DNA of 64,000 bases from an uncultured delta proteobacterium (GCA_963743305.1 CAVUPH010000022.1:1-64000); one strand, 5' to 3'. Counted from the first letter of the stretch, positions 10,077-22,065 are shown. Notes: a model not told the origin generated them from the letters alone. Numbers and translations: made by a program.

Positions 10077-12862
10077 TGGAGTATGTTTTTAAGATACCCT
10101 TTAAGTCTGCGGGATTTTTAGAAACGGCCCAGGCCCACTCCCCGAAACCCCCATGATGATTCACCGCCCTTATCCATTCATCAAGGAACTCCCGCTTCGT
10201 CCGGTCCTGCTGACTGTCCTGGCCTTTTGTTTCCAGACCAGATACCCTTCTTTAAACGTATCAGAAAGTCCGGACGGTATTTGTGGACCACTCCCTGAAA
10301 AAGATAAAGGATCTCGAAACCCAAGTGGTCGTTTTTAACCCAGGCCTCGACCAGGGGGTTTCGCTCCAATTCAAAGGCTTCGCTGGCCTCCCACGTGCTG
10401 TCAAAAACGCAGAGGCTGATATGAGATTTCCGGGTGTATTCGCAGGGCCGACCGGTGTACCAGGTACGCATGTCCCCGGTGGATCGGATAGGGTATTCAT
10501 TGTCAAATACCGGCTCAATGGTCTCGGTATTCTCAAAACGAATCGCCTCCCAGATATGCTGAACCAGTTTGTTCATATTAAGCGTTAGGATGATTCTCCG
10601 GCGAAGCTCCTCCTGATTGAAGAGCTGCGGATTGATGCTGATTTTATCCGAAGTTAAAAATTCCTCCACGATCCGAAATACCTGAATCAGCAAATACTCT
10701 CTGTTCCCTTTCCAGGACGGCTGCATCTGATCATAAATATCCCGGGCGGTTGTGAAGATAATCCGCTGCAGCCGGTTTTTTACCCCCAGTTCTTCCAGGG
10801 TGATCTCGGTTATCTTGGTGATATCGGCCTTCCCCTCCACCACTGGGGCGAGTTCGGCCAGGGTGGCCGTTTGGTAGGCATCCAGTTCCAGCGGTTTAAC
10901 CCGCTTCAGGTCCAGGGTCAGCCGGGGTTTAATAACGTGGTCGATGCGGATGATATTCGGCCAGCTTAACTCAAAATTCCTTTTTTCGCTTACCGGTTCG
11001 ATCCGGGTTTTCGGAGGCGGAGGTGGAGGCGGTGGGCCATCGGTTTTTTCATGGGGTAGAAAGGTGAAGGGCACCCCGAAAATATTCACGTACTCCGGCT
11101 CAATAATCCGGTTTCCGGATTGACCTCGTAAGAAGTTCTTCTCAGCCCCGCGCCCGACACCTGCTCGCACAGCAATTGGCTGGAAAGGCCGAATCCCCAT
11201 GATGTGGGTAACCGTTTTGGCGTCCCAGCCTTCCGAGAGCATACCCACTGAAATGACTTTTTGAATCTGCTCTCCGGGTTTCCCGATTTGGCCGACGGTA
11301 TCCACGGTCTGGCGCAGGAGTTCCGCCTGCTCTTTCCGGCTCAACTTGCGGACGGTTTCTTCTTCCTGATCCTCCTGCTCCGGGTCCGGGGAAGTTTGGG
11401 GCTCCTCCTGGGATTCCGCCATTTCGAGCACCTTCGAATCGATATGCAAAATCTTTTCCGGGTCGCAAAGCTCCTCGATGTCGATTTTGTGGTGATCGAA
11501 GGAATACTTGATGCGGGCCGCGGTCTCGGTTCGATTGGCCACGGAGATCATCACCGGCGGAATTTTAAATCCAACTTCTTCCCAGGATTCCCTGGTGACC
11601 AGCCAGTCTTTTCCCAGCAGGTAATAGCCGTTGACCACCAGTGCCGGTAAGGGCTCAAATTCCGGGGCCTTCCGATTCACGTCATCTTTTACTTCCGGAT
11701 CGTTATAAATATGGTACAGCCTCGATTTATAATCCGCTCCCATCGCGCCGTCGTCCCGGATGACCACCCTCGGCGTCTTCACCAATCCCGATTCGATGGC
11801 GTCATTCAACCCGAAGTCGCTGACGATCCAGGCAAAGAGGGCCTCTTCCGAACTTTTCTTGCCGGAGGGGGCCAGTGGAGTGGCCGAAAAATCATAACAG
11901 GCCAGGATGTTTCTCGCCTGGTGGATCCGGTCCAGACCGTTGATCCAGACCGTGGCCTCTTCAATTTCCTCCTTCTTAAGGCCTTTGATCTTGGATTCGG
12001 CCGGGACCCGCCAGGCATGATGGGCCTCATCGTTGATGACGAGTAAGTTGGAGGCCTGGGCCAGCTCCCCCAAAACTTCCCGGGCATAAGCCTCGTTGCT
12101 CTTGGCCCCGCGTTTGTCCACACTTTTCTTTCTGGCGATTTTTTCTTCCGTTTCCCAATGAAGGGTATGCCAGTTTCGAACCAGGACTTTCCCTTGCCTT
12201 AACTTCTCCTTGAGTCCCGAAGGGACGATATTAAATTCATCGTAATAATTCGGTTGGGCCGAGGGATAGAGCACCTGCAAACGGTTTTTCACCGTCAATC
12301 CCGGGGCGACCACGAAAATGTTTTTTGAAAAACGGCTGTCTTGAGGATAGGTGACCTTATTTAAAACCTGCCAGGAAATCAGCATGGCCATGACGATGGT
12401 CTTGCCGGAGCCGGTGGCCATCTTGGAGCAAAGTCTTTTGAATAATCCTCCATCGGAGGGGATATCCACTCCGACCTTCTCCGCCTCCGGGGCCTCCAGC
12501 AGCCAGATGAGGGTTTCCATGGCCTCCAACTGGCAGAAAAAAAGACGGCGATAGCTTTCCCGCTCTTCGGCGTTATTCCAGTGATCGAGCAGTCTGCGGG
12601 TGATCCCGGTAACCCCGGCATAAGGAAGAGAAGGATGCTCCCGCCAGGCCTTCACCCGTCGGCGGATTTCGTTGACCAGCGGAATTTCGATGAATATTCC
12701 CGGATCGTCAAAGGCTTTGGAGGACTCCGAGGCAATCACGTATCCGGCCGGCCTCCGGCCTTCCTTGCGATCAAATAACCGGCTCTCCCGGTCATAGCTC
12801 CAATACTGCCCAGGCTCTTCGTAGGGGGAATTGATGATAAGTTGATCGATGGAAGCCTTCAC
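10063..12862 (-). CDS. Type III restriction endonuclease Res subunit (DEAD/DEAH helicase plus PD-(D/E)xK nuclease); indels near 11100-11190 and 10240
   Basis: [38 protein letters not shown]. The corrected C-terminus LETKGQD...[16 protein letters not shown] ends at TAA 10063, overlapping the HMA gene start. Confidence 0.85.
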
Positions 12863-13206
12863 TTATTTTCTTCTTCTTGAAAGATGCGTTCACCTTTATC
12901 TATTAAATCAGGGATCGAAAATTGAACGGCATTCCATACTTCATCCAGGTCAATATAATCATAGGCATGGATTAAAATATCCCGCATGCCGGCCATCTTT
13001 TTCCAGGGAATTTCGGGGTATCTTTCTTTAAATTCTTCAGGTAAGCGTTTGGCCGCCTCTCCCATCAACTCGATCTGCCGAATCACACCGGATTGAACCA
13101 GCTCATTAGTTTCAAATCGGACTCTATCAACGCCTTCCGTAAATTTGAGCACCAGTCTCGCCGCGGTTAATATGTCTAAAAGATATCCCAACTCATTCTT
13201 GGACAT
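12859..13206 (-). CDS. HepT-like HEPN ribonuclease toxin (DUF86)
   Basis: [13 protein letters not shown]...[31 protein letters not shown], carrying the RX4HXY motif. Confidence 0.85.
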   Translation of the reverse strand: MSKNELGYLLDILTAARLVLKFTEGVDRVRFETNELVQSGVIRQIELMGEAAKRLPEEFKERYPEIPWKKMAGMRDILIHAYDYIDLDEVWNAVQFSIPDLIDKGERIFQEEENK

Positions 13207-13510
13207 AGTAAGGCTCCACCGATTCCAGAATGGCTTTCCTGCGGATATAATTTCTGCTTTTTTCAACAGCATTCCGGGTGATCAAATCGACCTTTCTTTT
13301 AAAAATATTTTGTAGTTCTTCCTGCATATCCACATGATCGAACAAGGTATGCCGGGCCTCAGGATAAAAAGAAACCAAAACATCGACATCGCTATCCGGT
13401 TTGAAATCTTTCCTCAAAACCGATCCGAAGAAAGACAATTCCTTGATTTTCCATTTTCGGCAATAGGCCTCGATTTGTTCCTGAGGCATCTTCAGATGTA
13501 AATCATCCAT
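13193..13510 (-). CDS. MntA-like minimal nucleotidyltransferase antitoxin
   Basis: [20 protein letters not shown] (GSX10DXD) and RKVDL; overlaps the HEPN gene. Confidence 0.85.
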   Translation of the reverse strand: MDDLHLKMPQEQIEAYCRKWKIKELSFFGSVLRKDFKPDSDVDVLVSFYPEARHTLFDHVDMQEELQNIFKRKVDLITRNAVEKSRNYIRRKAILESVEPYYVQE

Positions 13511-14403
13511 CAGCCCACCTCCGTGATCTTGAGGCTTTCAATCCCCCGATCATCTATGATCTTGACGGCGATTTTTTTATTGTCCCCCGGTTCAAAAGGC
13601 AGGGAAACGGTGCCCCGGTAGGCTTCGATCAATTCCTCGTCGATCTCGGCCTTCAGATTTTTAGCCAGTCTGGCCCACCCTTCCTTTTCCCCGGCCAGAG
13701 GGAAAAAGACCTGCCGGGGAAACAGGCTCCGGCCGTCGTAATCCGTATCCAGCATCCAAAGGGCGATTTTCTCCGGGCCCCCGGATTCGATCGCCCCGGT
13801 CCGGGTGTTATAATAATCGAAGCCCTGGACCTCGACCTGGTACTTAAACCCGCTTTTCTTGTTTTTGATCTTTTTGAGCCGAACGTCCGGTTGGCCCACC
13901 AGCCAGAAGCTCTCGTTGCCGGCCCGTTTCTTCTTCAAGTCCTCCGTCAGCAGGTCGGTGTTCATCTGAGCCTTCAGGAGGACCACATTGGGCCAGTTGG
14001 TCTCGTCGATATCCTTGGCGGCCTCGGGGTCGAACTGAAAGGAGGCAAAAACGATGATCTCCGGCCGGGGGACCAGCTTGCGGGCTTCCTGAATGGCCTG
14101 CTCCACCTGTTTTTTGTCAAGAGGGGCATGCTGCGGCCCGAAGGAGACGACTACCCGCTGCGGGGACCCTCCCCGCTCATGAACATGGAGGGAAACGGTG
14201 GGTACTTCAAAAGAGGTATGCTCGGCCTTGCCGGACCATTGGAGTTGCGGATCCAGATGGGGATCATAGGCATAGGCCTTGACTCCCTTCTCTCGGTCCA
14301 GCTCCGGCGACACCAGCCCTACCGGCGGATTATTGACCCGCTTCTTGTCCTTATGATCGTACTGTTCAATCGGTTTCTTCCCGTTTTTCGGCTCCCTGGC
14401 CAT
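13510..14403 (-). pseudogene. Type III Mod (DNA methyltransferase) homolog with in-frame loss of the catalytic core
   Basis: The Mod-type N-terminus (NNPPVGLV..YDPHLDPQLQW..SFEVPTVSLHVHER) is fused directly to the Mod-type C-terminus (VVSFGP..FQFDPEA..GQPDV..LDTDYDGRS..IAVKIIDDRGIE). No DPPY or FxGxG motif; only 297 aa. Confidence 0.7.
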
Positions 14404-14436
14404 CGCTTACCCCTTAATCTGAAAATAGCTTGCCAT

Positions 14437-14881
14437 CTATTTTACAAGGAACGCGGTCTTCCACCTCTCCTGAGGATCATCGAAAATGACTTCTTGAGGA
14501 TCAAATTCATTGACATTAAATTCTCCACCGGCCCAGGTCAGCGTCTGGCCGTGATCCTTATGTCCAATAACCAGGGCCGCCTCTAGAAGATCGTGAAACC
14601 TTTCCACATGCCCATTAAATTTCTGTCTACTGATTTCCAGGAACGTCGACGGAGAAGACCTGCAGACCATACCGGTCGCCAAAGTCGGACAGTCTAAACT
14701 CCAGAATATGTCTTTTATGTCTGTCGAAGTACTGCTTTTTCCTGTCAATAAGCCAGGTCATGGTTTGATTCATTGCCTTGACGTCTTCGGTTTCAGGCGA
14801 CAGGTCTTCAACTTCCAGGAATTCCGCCCGCGAGGTCTGTTCTTCGAGTTTGAGTCTTCTTCTTATCTTTTTCTTAGGCAT
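14437..14881 (-). CDS. Hypothetical protein, probably one ~150 aa gene split by a frameshift near 14640
   Basis: ORFs 14627..14881 and 14437..14748 overlap in adjacent frames, directly upstream of mod. Confidence 0.4.
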
Positions 14882-15048
14882 GGGGGGTTAGTAGGAATTA
14901 GGAATATGGATTCTTGGCGATTATAACCCGTGGGAAATAAAAAGCTATAGACAAAATCGCAGAAAGGGGGAATTTTCTTGCTCCACTCGAATCCGTTTGT
15001 ATACTATACGGGTAAGCAAAAGTTTTTGATTACGAGAGGAGAACCACC

Positions 15049-16251
<1,203 letters not shown>

Positions 16252-16270
16252 TTGAAATTGGCATTTTTTT

Positions 16271-16299
16271 CTTGGCGTCCTTGGCGTCTTTGCGGTGAA
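16271..16299. repeat. Short tandem intergenic repeat CTTGGCGTC x2 followed by TTTGCGGTGAA
   Basis: Direct 9-mer tandem repeat between the ACAD and kinase genes. Confidence 0.4.
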
Positions 16300-16346
16300 T
16301 ATCTTTTTTAGTCTGCGCTGCCTGGGTCTTTGGGATAAGAGATAAG

Positions 16347-17432
16347 ATGACATTAAGAGAAGAAATTGGTCCTGTCCGGGAGGCCCATCGGCTGAATGTG
16401 GCGGCCCTGGCCGAATACCTCCGGAAGGAACTGAAAGGCTTCTCGGGCACCTTGACCGTTCAGCAGTTCGGGTTCGGACAGTCCAACCCCACCTTCCTGC
16501 TTTCCGCCGCCGGAAAGGAGTATGTGCTGCGCAAAAAGCCGCCGGGGAAACTGCTGCCCTCGGCCCACGCGGTGGACAGGGAATACCGGATCATCAAGGC
16601 CCTGAAAGGCGCCGGGGTCCCGGTCCCCGAACCCTATCTCCTCTGTGCGGACGAACAGGTGCTCGGAACATCCTTCTACCTGATGGAGCGGGTCAAAGGC
16701 CGGATTTTCCGCGACCCGATCGTCTCCCAGGCTCGAAACGTTCGGGAAAGGGCCCAGATCTTCGAAGCCCTGAACGAAACGCTGGCCGCCATTCACCGGG
16801 TGGACTGGCAGGCCGCGGGTTTGGCGGATTTCGGGAAACCGGGAAATTACATGGCCCGGCAGGTGGCCCGCTGGGCCAAACAGTATGAGGCCTCCAAGAC
16901 CGGTGAAATGGAGAAGATGGATCGCCTGACCCAGTGGCTCCGGGAAAACATCCCCCCGGATGAAGCGACCACCGTCGTCCACGGAGACTATCGCCTCGAA
17001 AATATGATTTTCCACCCCACCGAACCCCGCGTCCTGGCGGTCCTGGACTGGGAGCTTTCCACCCTCGGCCACCCCCTGGCGGATTTGGCCTATAACTGCA
17101 TGAGCTATCACCTGCCTGCCGGGGAGCTTTCCGGGTACGGCTATCTGGGTTTGAACCTGGTCGAGTTAGGAATTCCGTCCGAGGCCGACTACCTGGCGGC
17201 TTACTGTCGGCGGACCGGCCGGAAGGTCCCTTCCGACTGGACTTTTTTCATCGCCTTCAGCCTGTTCCGGCTGGCGGCCATCGTTCAAGGAGTGTATAAG
17301 CGGGGACTGGATGGGATCGCCAGCTCCGACAATGCCCAAAGGTATGGGGCCTATGCCCATTTTCTGTCGGATACCGCCTGGCGCCTGGTCGCCGAAAACC
17401 CCTCACCCTTTTCAATTTCACCGGGTAGTTAA
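16347..17432 (+). CDS. Aminoglycoside-phosphotransferase-like kinase (ACAD10/11 N-terminal, LvaA-like)
   Basis: GQSNPTF, YVLRKKPPGKLLPSAHAVDRE, VHGDYRLEN, VLDWELSTLGHPLAD. Confidence 0.85.
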   Translation: MTLREEIGPVREAHRLNVAALAEYLRKELKGFSGTLTVQQFGFGQSNPTFLLSAAGKEYVLRKKPPGKLLPSAHAVDREYRIIKALKGAGVPVPEPYLLCADEQVLGTSFYLMERVKGRIFRDPIVSQARNVRERAQIFEALNETLAAIHRVDWQAAGLADFGKPGNYMARQVARWAKQYEASKTGEMEKMDRLTQWLRENIPPDEATTVVHGDYRLENMIFHPTEPRVLAVLDWELSTLGHPLADLAYNCMSYHLPAGELSGYGYLGLNLVELGIPSEADYLAAYCRRTGRKVPSDWTFFIAFSLFRLAAIVQGVYKRGLDGIASSDNAQRYGAYAHFLSDTAWRLVAENPSPFSISPGS

Positions 17433-17474
17433 TCGCGGGCCTCAGAGGCTGAAATACTATTGCTGGAGGAAATC

Positions 17475-17864
17475 ATGAAAACCGGACATTTCAAATTCAA
17501 ATACGGTTGGTGGTTGCTTTTCCTGCCGGGCTTCCTTTTAACCGGGTGCAGCGAAAACTTTTACTTTTTTCAATGGCACCAGCCCTCCTCGAGTTATATT
17601 GAACCTCAGTCGGAAAAATCGGCCGGAGGGGACCGGACGCCGCTTTACCGGATCGATTGCCGCGGCGGGGTGGTCTGCTCTGGGCCCGACGAGGAAAAGA
17701 CGAGTCAGAAGGATGACCTGGTCATGAAAGACTGCCTGTGGAAAAATGTATCCTATAAAAACGGGCCGCCCGGCCCAATGTGGCTGACCTTTTCCAAGAA
17801 GGGAGACGGCTGCTGGCAACTGCACCGGGAACAGAACGAGGAGCCGAAGGAAATCCCCTCCTAA
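17475..17864 (+). CDS. Hypothetical lipoprotein
   Basis: GGAGG RBS, MKTGHFKFKYGWWLLFLPGFLLTGC lipobox, four further Cys. Confidence 0.6.
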   Translation: MKTGHFKFKYGWWLLFLPGFLLTGCSENFYFFQWHQPSSSYIEPQSEKSAGGDRTPLYRIDCRGGVVCSGPDEEKTSQKDDLVMKDCLWKNVSYKNGPPGPMWLTFSKKGDGCWQLHREQNEEPKEIPS

Positions 17865-17927
17865 ACCGCCGGAGGACCCGAACAAATTGACGGATAAGTA
17901 ACCGGGGGGCCGGACCTCGGCCGATTA

Positions 17928-18089
17928 GAACCCGTCAAAAAATAAGCTGTACAATGCCGCGGTATCTCCGTTCATGCTGAGCCTGTCGAAGCATGGCCGT
18001 ATCGTTCACCCTTCGACTGCTCGACAGGCTCGCAGCTCAGGGCGAACGGTTGTAATGTCGCTTTGTCAAGGTTATTTGTTTACAGATCC
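17928..18089. mobile_element. MITE-like element (~162 bp) carrying nested REP-like palindromes
   Basis: TTA on both flanks; 30-bp imperfect terminal inverted repeats (21/30 matches); internal CCGTTCATGCTGAGCCTGTCGAAGCA / CCCTTCGAC..AGCTCAGGGCGAACGG pair. Confidence 0.55.
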
Positions 18090-18100
18090 TTAGAGAGGGA

Positions 18101-18165
18101 CACAGCCGAGGGCGGCTGTGCTACATTCCGATCCCTTTGAGTAGGGGCGACCGGCTGGTCGCCCT
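18101..18165. repeat. Two GTAG-type REP palindromes
   Basis: Reverse complement GTAGCACAGCCGCCCTCGGCTGTG (18101-18124) and GTAGGGGCGACCGGCTGGTCGCCCT (18141-18165). Confidence 0.65.
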
Positions 18166-18223
18166 CCCCTATCCTTCGCCCTTGTAAGGCTTGTAAATCG
18201 TTCACCCTGCAAACCGGTCGTCC

Positions 18224-20500
18224 TTAGGTCGGGAAGTTGCTCGGACGGTTCAGCCAGGCCTTCATGAGGGCGATTTCATCCCAGGACAAGGAACCGTCTG
18301 AGGCCTCCATGATCTCCCGCAGTCGGGCCGCCGGCCTTCCGGTAAAAAGCTCGGTTAGATAGACCTGTTTATTCGGGTCTACCAGCCGGTTAAGGTTGAT
18401 CGGTCGGCCGGCGAGAATCAGGGCTTCGAGATGGGATCGGATCGTTTGCGGGCTGAGCTTCCGGCGCCGGGCTATTTCTTCCAGACTGAATCCCTGCCGG
18501 ACCAGGTCCCAGGTCGCTTCGACCGTGCCGCTTCCGGTCCGGGCGGCCGAAGAGACCGGAGAGCTTTCCGGAACCGTCGCCGCCGGGAAATCTTTCGGCC
18601 GGGAGGCCGAAAGACCCGGATGCGTTTTCAAAAAGGCGGCAACAGCCTCGACAAACACCGTCCCATAGCGGTCCAACTTGGATTCGCCTACCCCGCTAAT
18701 CTTGAGCAGGTCTTCGGGAGTAGCCGGAAAAAAGGAGGCCATTTCATGGAGTGTCCGGTCGGAAAAAATGATATAGGGCGGAACACTTTCCCTTTGGGCC
18801 AGGCTCCTGCGCAGGCTGCGGAGTTGATCGAAGAGTTCCTGATTGAAGTTTGGCGAGGAAAAGGCTTCTCCCTCGCTGCCCGATCGTTCCAAGGCGACCC
18901 GATGAACCATTGAAAAACGCCGTTTTCCCTGCAGCAAGGCTTCTCCCTGATCGCCCAGTCGAAGCACCGGATACGCGCCTCCGCTCTGTGCCAGCTCGCC
19001 CCCGGCAATCAGCTCATCCAGGACCTGCAGCCAGTATTTTTTCGGCCGGTCCCGGCCCGCCCCGTAGGTCTTAAGCTGATCGTGGCGCAGCCGCCGGATT
19101 TTCTGCGTGTCGGCGCCGCAAACGATATCGGCAATATGGCCGGCGCCGAAACGTTCCTCGGTTCGGACAATGGCGGAAAGAAGTTTTTGGGCTTCCACGG
19201 TCGCGTCGACGGTCTCCTTCTCGGCGGTGCAGTTGTCACACGTTCGGCAATTTTCGGGTTCGTAGCGCTCCCCGAAATAGCCTAGAATCAGCCGGCGCCG
19301 GCAGATCGGACTCTGGGCGTAGGCCGTCAGCCGGGCCAAGGCCTGCCGCTGGCGGCGCTGCTCGGTTTCATCGGAAAGCTGATCGATGAAATAATGGATT
19401 TTGGGAAGGTCCCCCCGGCGGTAAAATAGGACGCAGTGGGCCGGCTCCCCGTCGCGCCCGGCCCGGCCCATTTCCTGATAGTAGCTCTCCAGATTCTTGG
19501 GAAGATCGCCATGCACCACATACCGAATATTCGATTTATCGATCCCCATCCCGAAAGCGATGGTGGCCACCATCACCTCAACCTCGTCTTTGTTGAAGGC
19601 CTCCTGGTTGGCCTTCCGCAAGGAATCGTCCAGTCCGGCGTGGTAGGGCAGGGCCTTGAGGCCCTGGGCGGCCAGATGCTTCGCGGTCCGCTCTACACTC
19701 TCCCGGGTGGTGCGGTAGACAATCCCCGCTTCCCGGGGATATTGTCGAACGAAGGCCAGGATCTGACGTTCGATATCCTCCTTGGGCCATACTTCAATAA
19801 GAAGATTGGGGCGGTCGAAGGAGGCCCTCACCCGCAGCGGGTCGCGCAGCCGGAGGCGCTCGATGATGTCGGTTTGGACCCGAAGGGTGGCGGTGGCGGT
19901 AAAGGCGGCAACCGGCGTTTCGGGAAAATAGTCGATTAATTTAGCCAGTTGGAGATAATCAGGACGGAAATCAGGTCCCCATTCCGAGATGCAGTGGGCT
20001 TCGTCGACGGCCGCCAGATGGAGTTTAACCCCCTGGAGGCGATGCAGAAAGCTATCCTGGGCCAATCGTTCCGGCGCCACATAAAGGAGATCAAGGCCCT
20101 CGCTTTGCAGACGGCCGATGACCTCCGTCCGTTCCGACTCCGTCTGGCTGCTGTTGAGGTAGGCCGCCCGCAGGCCTATTTTGCAGGCGGCATCCACCTG
20201 GTCTTTCATCAGCGCGATCAAGGGGCTGATGACCAAGGTGGTTCCCGGCAGCATCTGGGAGGGCAACTGATAGCAGAGGGATTTGCCCCCTCCGGTGGGC
20301 ATGACGGCAAAGACGTCCCGGCCGCCCTGAATGGCCCGGACAATATCCTCCTGGTGGGGCCGAAAACCCGGAAAGCCGAAGACCCGCTGGAGGGCCTTCA
20401 GCCAATCGGAAGGAATGAATGTCGAATCGGGGATAGGGTCCGGCAGGTTTTGCGAAACCGGATCGGAAAGATTTGGCTTTGGTCTGAATCCGGGGTCCAA
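18224..20500 (-). CDS. recQ: ATP-dependent DNA helicase RecQ
   Basis: MPTGGGKSLCYQ, VDEAHCISEWG, QEMGRAGRDG, RQC Zn-binding cysteines, HRDC (VPPYIIFSDRTL), C-terminal HTH. Confidence 0.95.
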   Translation of the reverse strand: MDPGFRPKPNLSDPVSQNLPDPIPDSTFIPSDWLKALQRVFGFPGFRPHQEDIVRAIQGGRDVFAVMPTGGGKSLCYQLPSQMLPGTTLVISPLIALMKDQVDAACKIGLRAAYLNSSQTESERTEVIGRLQSEGLDLLYVAPERLAQDSFLHRLQGVKLHLAAVDEAHCISEWGPDFRPDYLQLAKLIDYFPETPVAAFTATATLRVQTDIIERLRLRDPLRVRASFDRPNLLIEVWPKEDIERQILAFVRQYPREAGIVYRTTRESVERTAKHLAAQGLKALPYHAGLDDSLRKANQEAFNKDEVEVMVATIAFGMGIDKSNIRYVVHGDLPKNLESYYQEMGRAGRDGEPAHCVLFYRRGDLPKIHYFIDQLSDETEQRRQRQALARLTAYAQSPICRRRLILGYFGERYEPENCRTCDNCTAEKETVDATVEAQKLLSAIVRTEERFGAGHIADIVCGADTQKIRRLRHDQLKTYGAGRDRPKKYWLQVLDELIAGGELAQSGGAYPVLRLGDQGEALLQGKRRFSMVHRVALERSGSEGEAFSSPNFNQELFDQLRSLRRSLAQRESVPPYIIFSDRTLHEMASFFPATPEDLLKISGVGESKLDRYGTVFVEAVAAFLKTHPGLSASRPKDFPAATVPESSPVSSAARTGSGTVEATWDLVRQGFSLEEIARRRKLSPQTIRSHLEALILAGRPINLNRLVDPNKQVYLTELFTGRPAARLREIMEASDGSLSWDEIALMKAWLNRPSNFPT

Positions 20501-20631
20501 TTATATCCTCCTGGTTTTGGAAAAGAATAGAAGACGACAGTAAAATCGATAAGGATTATTTTCTGATAATAGCATTTCCCGTGCCAGATAATGTCCCTAA
20601 TCCTCTCTTGGGATTAGCCGGCAATGGTGGG

Positions 20632-21765
20632 TTAATCGATGGTGGAGTTGATAACCAGAGGTGACCCACTTCCCAAAAAATAGATGCCCGGGTAGCCGGG
20701 CGTCTCAAACCGGCCGCTGGGATTGTGGGACAGGGAAGAATCTTCAATCCGGAGCGAACCGGTCCGGTCGTTGCTGACAAAAAAAATGGCGCCCCCTCCT
20801 TCGTTGGCCTGGTTGTGCTCGATCCGGGTCCCGCACAAACTCAAGGTGAACGTATTGCCGTCGTTATAAATGGCGCCGCCGCTCCCGCCGCCGGGCGTGC
20901 CGGCTCGGGCCGGGTTGGCCCCGGTGCCGATAGCTCGGTTATAGGAAAACAGCGAATTGATCACGGTATAGGAAACGCCGATACTGCTGAGGCCGCCGCC
21001 GTTGGAACCGCTATTGCCGAATCCCTCAGCCCCTCCGAAGGTGCTGTTGACCACGTACACGGGTTGCCCCTGGTACTGGCTGAAGACCCGCACGGCCGCT
21101 CCGCCCACATCCGGCCCGGTGTCGGCGCAGACATTGTTGAAAAAGCGGGAGTTGACGATTTTGAAGCGCCCCCCCCTGACCCAGATAGCGCCTCCGCCAT
21201 CGTAGGTTGTCTCTCCTTTAGAGTTACCGTTAGTAAAAGTTATATTTTGCACTGTGAGCTGCGGGTGGTCCTGGTTCTGACAGTGAGAGGTGGTCCAGAC
21301 CTGGGCCGGGTCGCAGGTATTCATATACAATATCCGTCTCAGACCGTCACCACTCAAGGATACCTTGCCTCCGCCGTCGAGGACGATCCGCGGGCCGGTG
21401 TTGTTGAACACCTTGGCGGTCTGTTTTAGAACAATGGTCACCGGATCCGGCCCGCAGTTGAAGGTGATAACCCCGCCCTGGGCCACGGCGGTCACCACCG
21501 CTTCACTGGTACAGCTTTGGGGTGTTCCGTTGCCGATAACCCGATTGGGGTTGGAAGTATCCTCTGCTTCGGCCCCCGGAGGAATACTGCAGTGGCCCTC
21601 CGGGTTACCGGGGGGCGGACCCGGTGGGGTCCACTCGTTCAGGATCAACGGGAAAAACAAAAAAAATAATGCCCCCTGTTCATCAAAAAGCGTTTTTCCT
21701 TCCGAAGCGGCATTGCCGCCCAGAAGGATGAGCAATAGAAAGGTGAATCCAATCCGCCAGTTCAT
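20632..21765 (-). CDS. Secreted Gly-rich beta-helix (pectin lyase/Pmp-like) protein
   Basis: Signal peptide, GGAI/FxxN repeats (GGGAIW, GGSGGAIYNDG, GGGAIFF). Confidence 0.6.
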   Translation of the reverse strand: MNWRIGFTFLLLILLGGNAASEGKTLFDEQGALFFLFFPLILNEWTPPGPPPGNPEGHCSIPPGAEAEDTSNPNRVIGNGTPQSCTSEAVVTAVAQGGVITFNCGPDPVTIVLKQTAKVFNNTGPRIVLDGGGKVSLSGDGLRRILYMNTCDPAQVWTTSHCQNQDHPQLTVQNITFTNGNSKGETTYDGGGAIWVRGGRFKIVNSRFFNNVCADTGPDVGGAAVRVFSQYQGQPVYVVNSTFGGAEGFGNSGSNGGGLSSIGVSYTVINSLFSYNRAIGTGANPARAGTPGGGSGGAIYNDGNTFTLSLCGTRIEHNQANEGGGAIFFVSNDRTGSLRIEDSSLSHNPSGRFETPGYPGIYFLGSGSPLVINSTID

Positions 21766-21986
21766 TGAATCCTCGGCCCTGCACTAATCGTTGAAGAAGA
21801 GCTGGACTGCTCCGCGAAACAGTTTCGATCTTCTATTTTATACCCGGGTTTTCAAAAAGCAACTACTTACCGGGAGACCATTTTCTCCCTGGCTCTCATT
21901 TTTACCCTCGTTTATACTCAGCCGGTTCCGGCAGGACCTTTACGATCGGCTCAACGTTTTTCCCATTACGGTCCCCACCAAAGATC

Positions 21987-22020
21987 CCTCCATATTTGGA
22001 GATTCCACCAAATGTGGAGG
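21987..22020. promoter_or_regulatory. 34-bp palindromic upstream activating sequence, copy 1
   Basis: CCTCCATATTTGGAGATTCCACCAAATGTGGAGG; near-identical copies at 47586 and 62105. Confidence 0.7.
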
Positions 22021-22065
22021 CCAAGAGATAGGTTCAACCTGCTTGACGATCTCCTCCCGTTAAAC

